A program made the translations under genes and the position numbers. From Candidatus Faecicola pullistercoris (GTDB lineage: Bacteria; Bacillota; Clostridia; Christensenellales; CAG-917), in assembly GCA_018714105.1 (NCBI GenBank), contig DVNW01000023.1:20005-84004 (forward strand): 64,000 nt of DNA, in the 5' to 3' direction. The notes under the pieces were generated by a model. That model ran no database searches. It was not told the DNA's origin and saw only the letters and a program-made list of their open reading frames with translations. This document shows positions 58,535 through 64,000 of the stretch, one piece after another (position 1 is the first letter of the stretch; each line of letters begins with the position of its first letter).

Positions 58535-61213
58535 TCAGTTGTACGCTTCGAATTTGATGCTTACGCCAACGCCGGCCGAACAATCGGTTACGGTATCGGC
58601 GATAGTGCCGTCATAATAAACGTTAACTATTCTGCTGTCGTACTTGACGTCGAGGTCAAGGCTTGCGGCGGTAGAGTCGCAACCTTCGGCAACCTCGTTA
58701 GAAACGACGCCGCCCACGTAGATGTCTACGCCCGCATTGCCGCCCTGTTCACGCATTACCACGCTGCCCGTAAAGGCTACGTTATCGAGAGCGCCGCTGT
58801 TAAGAGCGATAACGCCTGCGATATAATAGGTAGCGGTAAGCTTGCCATTGAAGGTAATGTTTACGTCGCCGTCGAAGGTAACGTCGGAAATACTGCCGTA
58901 ATTGTTCGCGATAAGGGCTGCAGAATTGCCGTTGAAGGAGTTAACAACGTAACCGGACAGGGTGTGACCGTTACCGATTAAGGTGCCTTTGAACTCTGCA
59001 AGAGGAGCTATAACCGCGCCGCCGAGGTCGATATCGTCGCTGAGAACGTAAACCATTCCCTCGCTGTTGCCTCTGTTGTTGAATATGTCGAGAATCTGGT
59101 CCTTGGTAAAGATATCGTAAGAGCCGTCCGAGAAGCGGAAGGCGTCCGCATAAACGTAACCGCTTACGTTGACCTGAACCGTTACGGAATTATCGCCGTC
59201 GGAAAGGGTAACGTCGTAAGTTCCGTTATCCAGAGTGCACAGAGCTCTTGCCGAAATGCTTACCGTACCCATATTCATATAGTAGGTGTAGTCGGAAGCA
59301 AGAACGGTACCGTCGTCGAGAGTAGCGGTGATCCGGCTGTCGGCGGTAACGTCGTTGCCGCGAAGCACGAACTGAACGCCGCTCCGGTCTACCTTAACGT
59401 AATCGGCGGAAGCGTTCTGAGCGATGAAGTTACCCGAGAAGAGCAGGGTGGTTTCCTTTTCGAACTCGCCGTAAACGAGGCCTACAACCGCCGAGAATTC
59501 GGTGTTGCGCAAAGCTTCGTCTATAACTATTTCGCCGTCAACAAACGCCATACCGCAATCGGAAGCAGCGTTGAACGCTTCGGCTTTAACGGTTTCGTAC
59601 GAGTAAGCTCTTGTAATGAGATCGTATTTTACGAGAGTGATGTCTACAAACGGGCTTACGTAAGCGCCGAGTTTGTAGCTGTCTTCAACCTGAATATCGG
59701 ATACGAGATAGCGTTCGCCCGCATTATAAAGCTCGATAGCGCCGTCTACTATACCTATATCCTTACCGGTGTTTATAACGCCGATGTTTACTGCAAGCGC
59801 GAGATCTACGTCATAATAGAATCCGCCTTCGAGGTACCAGCCGGCCGAAACGTTGTCGTCAACGAGCAGGTTGTTGGTAACCACACTGCCGTACAGATTG
59901 TTGTACAGGCCGAGTTCGGCACTGACGCCGGCACTGAGAACGCCCGCGAGAATGTCGAAAGTAAGGTTCTGTTCAAGGCCGACTTTAACTTTTACCGAGC
60001 CGTCGAGGCTGAGCGAAACCGATTTGAAACCGGAGTCGTCGGTAACCGAAGAGTCGGACGAAAAACCGTCGTTCTGATTATAGCTCATTTTGAGGTTGTA
60101 GTTAAGGTCTGCGTCGGCGTCGAGATTGAAAGCGCCGGCAAAATCAAATCTCAAAACCACATTCGCGCCGTAGCTGATGCTTGCCGCGCCGTTGGCAATG
60201 GGCAGCGTCCATACGAAAGCGGGAACAACTATGCCTTCCTCGTCGGAAGAGGTGTTTTCGCTGAGCGCTTCGAGTTTGGCTATAATCTCGTTTACGTTGG
60301 TAACCTGCGAATAGCTGTAACCGCTTTCTATTTTAACGTTACAGGAAATCGCGTTTTTAACGAGAAGATCGAGGTCGTACTCCTTCTTGATGCCCTGGAA
60401 ATTGATATCGGTAGCCGATTCCGCGGTAACGGTATCCGTTATCGTGAGAATGAGGTTGGTGGTTTCGCTTCCGATTTTAACTACGTTGGGAAGGGTAACG
60501 GTAAGAACGAGAGTAATGCTTCCGTCGTCGTTTCTGGAAATGTCGCCGCCGACTTCGGGAGCTACGTTGAAGATGGATGCCGCCGCGGTTGCTATCGCGC
60601 TTGCTGCCGCAGCGTCGTCGTTAAACAGAAATTCGATATCGCTGTCGGAGGAAAGTTCGGCATTGCCTTCGTAAACGAATTTTTCGTAAACTTCTTCGAT
60701 CTGGGGTTTTTCTACCTGAACGAGAGCAAGACCGTCAACCGCGTTGCCCACGCTTACAACCTTAAAGGCCTCTTTAATACCCGTTTCGGAGTTGTCTACT
60801 ACGAGAACGTCGCCCGCTTTAACCGATACTTTGTTTACGTTTACGCGAAGCTGAGTGGCTCCTAAAATTTCGATGCCGTCGCTCTCTTTGAGTTCGGCGG
60901 TATTCGGGTTAAGCAGAATGTCCGAAACTTCTGCCGGGGGAGTAGTAACGGTCTGGTCGTCCTCATCGTCCTGAGAAGGTTTGCCGTCGTTACCTTCGTT
61001 GCCGCCCTGATTTCCGTCCGGAACGGGTTTGAAAGTAACGTCGCCAGAATCGTCGTCGGACTGACTTCCGCCACCGGTTATACCGCTGTCGGGTTGGCCG
61101 CCGTCAGATGTTCGGTCCGTGTTGCAGGCGACCAGCGTGAAGCAAAGCATCATAAAGCACAAAATCATTACTATGGCAAGTACGGATTTTTTGCTATGTA
61201 ATTTGCTGCCCAT
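58535..61213 (-). CDS. Large surface lipoprotein with G/D/S-rich linker and C-terminal GLUG-like beta-helix repeats
   Basis: Signal peptide plus lipobox (FTLVAC). Acidic low-complexity linker. C-terminus reads FKGTLIGNGHTLSGYVV...ALIANNYGSISDVTF...IAGVIALNSGALDNVAF...YVGGVVSNEV. The ATG at 61213 follows GAGAGGTG. Confidence 0.85.
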   Translation of the reverse strand: MGSKLHSKKSVLAIVMILCFMMLCFTLVACNTDRTSDGGQPDSGITGGGSQSDDDSGDVTFKPVPDGNQGGNEGNDGKPSQDDEDDQTVTTPPAEVSDILLNPNTAELKESDGIEILGATQLRVNVNKVSVKAGDVLVVDNSETGIKEAFKVVSVGNAVDGLALVQVEKPQIEEVYEKFVYEGNAELSSDSDIEFLFNDDAAAASAIATAAASIFNVAPEVGGDISRNDDGSITLVLTVTLPNVVKIGSETTNLILTITDTVTAESATDINFQGIKKEYDLDLLVKNAISCNVKIESGYSYSQVTNVNEIIAKLEALSENTSSDEEGIVVPAFVWTLPIANGAASISYGANVVLRFDFAGAFNLDADADLNYNLKMSYNQNDGFSSDSSVTDDSGFKSVSLSLDGSVKVKVGLEQNLTFDILAGVLSAGVSAELGLYNNLYGSVVTNNLLVDDNVSAGWYLEGGFYYDVDLALAVNIGVINTGKDIGIVDGAIELYNAGERYLVSDIQVEDSYKLGAYVSPFVDITLVKYDLITRAYSYETVKAEAFNAASDCGMAFVDGEIVIDEALRNTEFSAVVGLVYGEFEKETTLLFSGNFIAQNASADYVKVDRSGVQFVLRGNDVTADSRITATLDDGTVLASDYTYYMNMGTVSISARALCTLDNGTYDVTLSDGDNSVTVQVNVSGYVYADAFRFSDGSYDIFTKDQILDIFNNRGNSEGMVYVLSDDIDLGGAVIAPLAEFKGTLIGNGHTLSGYVVNSFNGNSAALIANNYGSISDVTFDGDVNITFNGKLTATYYIAGVIALNSGALDNVAFTGSVVMREQGGNAGVDIYVGGVVSNEVAEGCDSTAASLDLDVKYDSRIVNVYYDGTIADTVTDCSAGVGVSIKFEAYN

Positions 61214-61596
61214 AATTTTCACCTCTCTATTTATATTTATTTCGAGTTAAGAAATACGGTTTAATATATATTATATATATGCGTAATATAATACCATAAT
61301 CAAATAAAGTATAACAGACAAACGGTAGCCGGTCAATGAAATAGACAAAAATTTTCTATTTTTTATAGTTTATAACAATGACAATTTTTCCGTAACATAA
61401 AACGTTTTTATTTGTTTTTTTATTAAAATAAGGCTGATTCTTTACAAAATACGCAAATTTGATTTATTATTATAAAAAGTTTATTCGGTTTATAATAGTA
61501 TTTTTTTCGTTATTATATCAAAAAATTACAATAAAAAAATTTTAAGTCAGGCAGGGTAGCAAAGGTTTCCGATCAAGTTTTGTTCGTTTGAGAGGA

Positions 61597-61625
61597 TTGA
61601 GTTTTTCACGGGTTGGGTGTATAAT
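61597..61625 (+). promoter_or_regulatory. Promoter in front of the TIR-like mini-ORF
   Basis: TTGAGT at 61597-61602, 17-nt spacer, TATAAT at 61620-61625. Confidence 0.5.
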
Positions 61626-61679
61626 TAAATTAAACCGCATCCGGTTTGACATTATAAACTGACAAACGAGAGGTAAGAA

Positions 61680-61964
61680 ATGATAGATGAACATTCAGAC
61701 AGCAAATGCAGAATTTTTTTATGCTATCGCGAGGCAGGCGCGGAAACCGCAAAATCTTTTAAATACTATTTAAAGAAACGGTCGGACGCCAATTATGGAA
61801 GGGTTTGGTATTCCGATGACGAAATTATAGGCAATTTTAAAAAAGACGTTCCTATAGTAATTCCGCAATGCGACTATTATTTTATATTCGTAACCAAGGT
61901 TTTCTCGTTCTACCTGGTTAACTTTTATGAGAAACAGGTTAATGTTAGCTCGTCGGTGTCTTAG
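61680..61964 (+). CDS. TIR-like N-terminal fragment (94 aa; probably a truncated remnant)
   Basis: RIFLCYREAGAETAKSFKYYLKK...GRVWYSDDEI..G...D....I..CDYYFIFVT follows the TIR betaA-alphaA-betaB-betaC layout. The ORF ends where the catalytic-Glu helix and distal half should follow. GAGAGG SD. Confidence 0.35.
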   Translation: MIDEHSDSKCRIFLCYREAGAETAKSFKYYLKKRSDANYGRVWYSDDEIIGNFKKDVPIVIPQCDYYFIFVTKVFSFYLVNFYEKQVNVSSSVS

Positions 61965-62032
61965 CAATAATGGAAATATTTTTATCCATATAGATATAAA
62001 TAATTCGCATTATTTAAAGGCAATATTATATT

Positions 62033-62073
62033 AAAAACGCAAGCTGAACTTTATCGGTTCGGCTTGCGTTTTT
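62033..62073. terminator. Bidirectional terminator hairpin
   Basis: AAAAACGCAAGC ... GCTTGCGTTTTT (12-bp stem), immediately 3' of tRNA-Arg on the minus strand. Confidence 0.75.
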
Positions 62074-62075
62074 AA

Positions 62076-62152
62076 TGGTACACCCGACTGGAGTCGAACC
62101 AGCGGCACATAGCGTCGGAGGCTATTGCTCTATCCATCTGAGCTACGGGTGC
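62076..62152 (-). tRNA. tRNA-Arg (anticodon CCG), CCA encoded
   Basis: The reverse complement folds as a cloverleaf: GCACCCG-TA-GCTC-AGATGGATA-GAGC-A-ATAGC-CTCCGAC-GCTAT-GTGCC-GCTGG-TTCGACT-CCAGT-CGGGTGT-A-CCA. Confidence 0.93.
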
Positions 62153-62173
62153 TTAAAAAAATCGGATAATGAT

Positions 62174-62202
62174 ATTATATATTCCAAATATGATTATGGC
62201 AA
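62174..62202 (-). promoter_or_regulatory. Promoter of tRNA-Arg
   Basis: On the minus strand: TTGCCA, 17 nt, TATAAT. The tRNA 5' end is about 22 nt after the -10. Confidence 0.55.
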
Positions 62203-62329
62203 GTATTTTAGCGGAAGGGTTGTACGGAAACAATTTTAAAAAATGGCTTAAAATTTTTGAAAACGGTGCGAAAACGGTCATTCGGTGCAAAAAAACAGGC
62301 TTGCGGCGGCGAAAAGTTAGGATAATTTA

Positions 62330-62358
62330 TTGAAATAAAATTTTGCTTATGTTATAAT
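62330..62358 (+). promoter_or_regulatory. Promoter of the GPH transporter gene with palindromic operator
   Basis: TTGAAA at 62330-62335, 17-nt spacer ending in TGt, TATAAT at 62353-62358. The perfect inverted repeat TATGTTAT-A-ATAACATA at 62349-62365 overlaps the -10. Confidence 0.55.
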
Positions 62359-62392
62359 AACATAGTTAAAAAACGAAAAAGGTGGGCAGATT

Positions 62393-63934
62393 ATGGAAAA
62401 AACGTCTATATGGGATAAGCCTATATTCCATAAACTTTTCGGCACAACTTCCGGAAAAGGTATGCAACCCAAAGAGGCGATGGCATACAGTATAGCGGGT
62501 TTCGGACAAAACCTTATATGTACGGTTATCGGTTCGTATCTGACTATATTTATGACGGACGCGCTCGGTTTCGATCTTAACGCGACGATATTCGGGACGA
62601 CGGGCGTTGTGGCGGTAGCCTGGCTGATGCTCGGCACGAGGATATTCGACGCGCTTAACGACCCGATTATGGGAAGTATAGTCGACAAGACGCGTACCAA
62701 ATGGGGCAAATGCAGGCCTTATCTCAAATGGATGGCTATTCCGATAGCGATAATGACGATGCTGTGCTTCCTGCCGTTTTATCCCAGCAACGACACCGGC
62801 TTTGTGTTTGCGGGCTTAATATACGTGATCTGGTCCGTAGTTTACACGGTAGCGGACGTTCCGTACTGGGGCTTGTCCACGGCGATGGAAAACAATACCA
62901 ACATCCGCGGAAACATGCTTACCGTAGCCAGGCTGTTCTGTACGGCGGGCGCGGGTCTCGTAACCATACTTATTCCCATAATCACTTCGGCCGTAACGGC
63001 TAAATATAAAGGCGAGGACGGTTTGCTCAATCCCGTATATGCCGCTGAGAACGCCGCAACTTTAAGATGGACGTACTTTATCTGCGCGGTAGTCCTCGTA
63101 ATAATCGCGATGCCCATGTTCTTCTACGGCTTCAAGAACACGAAAGAAAGGTTCCAGAGCGAAGCCGAAGCTCCTTCTTTCGGACACAATCTCAAACTTC
63201 TGTTTAAAAATAAAGAACTTCTGCTGATAGTACTTTCGGGTATATTCGGCGCTGCCAGAATGGTTTATACCTATACGGGCGGTCTTTACTTCTGCAAATA
63301 CGCTCTTAAAAACGAAAGCGCATACAGCCTTCTTACAATGCTGGTAATTCCCGGCGGTCTTGTGGCGTCGGTCATGGTGCCTTATCTTACCAAAAAGTTC
63401 GGCAAGAAATGGACTTTTATAGTATCGCATATTCTGGGCGGCCTTGCCATGCTTATAATGTACTTTATGTGGAATTCGGAAACGGGTTCGCTGTCGCAGG
63501 GCGGGCTTATAGTATGTATCGTATGTATGGTAATCATAGGCATACCTCAGGGTATCAGCAATATAATGACTTACGCCATGATAGGCGACACGGTCGAATA
63601 TCTCGAATGGAAGACGGGCGAAAGGGCGGAAGGTATCTGCTTCGCCATGCAGACGTTTATCAATAAGATAGGTATGGCGGCGGGCGCGTTTATAGGCGTT
63701 CTTGCGTACAGCATGTCCAACATCAGCCCCTCCAACCCCGGCGGAAGCATGACTACCGAAGGCCTTAACAAGCTGTGGAACATGCTCGTACTTTCGGGCG
63801 TAATCAGTTTCATCCTGTGCGTAATCCCGATGTTCTTCTACACGATAACGGAAAAACGCCAGAAGGAGCTTGTCGAGGAAATAGCGGCAAGGAAAGCCGC
63901 CGCGAATCCCGCTGCCGAGTCGGCCGGGGAATAA
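62393..63934 (+). CDS. Glycoside-pentoside-hexuronide (GPH):cation symporter family MFS transporter
   Basis: 513 aa, 12 TM. GPH signature DALNDPIMGSIVDKTRTKWGKCRPY. Confidence 0.9.
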   Translation: MEKTSIWDKPIFHKLFGTTSGKGMQPKEAMAYSIAGFGQNLICTVIGSYLTIFMTDALGFDLNATIFGTTGVVAVAWLMLGTRIFDALNDPIMGSIVDKTRTKWGKCRPYLKWMAIPIAIMTMLCFLPFYPSNDTGFVFAGLIYVIWSVVYTVADVPYWGLSTAMENNTNIRGNMLTVARLFCTAGAGLVTILIPIITSAVTAKYKGEDGLLNPVYAAENAATLRWTYFICAVVLVIIAMPMFFYGFKNTKERFQSEAEAPSFGHNLKLLFKNKELLLIVLSGIFGAARMVYTYTGGLYFCKYALKNESAYSLLTMLVIPGGLVASVMVPYLTKKFGKKWTFIVSHILGGLAMLIMYFMWNSETGSLSQGGLIVCIVCMVIIGIPQGISNIMTYAMIGDTVEYLEWKTGERAEGICFAMQTFINKIGMAAGAFIGVLAYSMSNISPSNPGGSMTTEGLNKLWNMLVLSGVISFILCVIPMFFYTITEKRQKELVEEIAARKAAANPAAESAGE

Positions 63935-63955
63935 AGCAAATCCTTTGCAGCAATC

Positions 63956-63983
63956 AAAAAGGCCGCTTTAAGCGGCCTTTTTT
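63956..63983 (+). terminator. Intrinsic terminator
   Basis: AAAAAGGCCGC-TTTAA-GCGGCCTTTTTT. Confidence 0.85.
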
Positions 63984-64000
63984 AATGCTTGAACTTTAAA

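Noticed and set aside
61607-61626. TTGGGTGTATAATTAAA resembles the tRNA-Arg 3' end (TCGGGTGTACCATTAAA). It could be an att-site direct repeat marking an integrated element.
   Set aside because: The match is in inverted orientation relative to the tRNA gene, so it is not a direct repeat. It also has three mismatches. It is better explained as the TATAAT -10 of the promoter for the mini-ORF.

Overview
This window looks like mostly core chromosome from a spore-forming Clostridia-class Firmicute, roughly 50% GC. I infer the taxon from spo0A, spoIIID, a SipL-like gene, veg and the gene order.

**Gene content, in order:**
- pyrI (3' part), dut and a RimK-like ATP-grasp ligase.
- A stand-alone c-di-GMP-I riboswitch unit, then a beta-propeller-like lipoprotein.
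- spo0A with upstream 0A boxes, veg, a double-zinc-ribbon polyacidic protein, a DUF3794/LysM SipL-like protein, ispE and PFOR (nifJ).
- ecfA1-ecfA2-ecfT-truA-rplM-rpsI.
- A translationally coupled SDR-TetR-SDR operon, followed by about 0.7 kb of ORF-free, hairpin-rich DNA.
- An uninterrupted S10-spc-alpha ribosomal cluster, rpsJ to rplQ. It includes secY, adk, map, infA and the 38-aa rpmJ that the ORF track misses.
- spoIIID, ttcA-like, fba, an M29 aminopeptidase and gap.
- A complete argGHCJBDF operon and a complete his operon led by a YerC/TrpR-like gene.
- An 892-aa lipoprotein with GLUG-like repeats.
- A small AT-rich islet with a TIR-like mini-ORF beside tRNA-Arg(CCG), then a GPH-family transporter.

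I saw no rRNA, CRISPR array, transposase, integrase or prophage genes.

I found no convincing novel multi-gene system. The best leads are:
- the orphan c-di-GMP riboswitch unit;
- the SDR-TetR-SDR insertion, whose first SDR carries a zinc-ribbon fusion;
- the unassigned structured non-coding stretch upstream of the S10 operon;
- the TIR-like remnant beside the tRNA;
- the tandem-zinc-ribbon acidic protein.

Every family assignment comes from motif recognition by eye, not from database searches.
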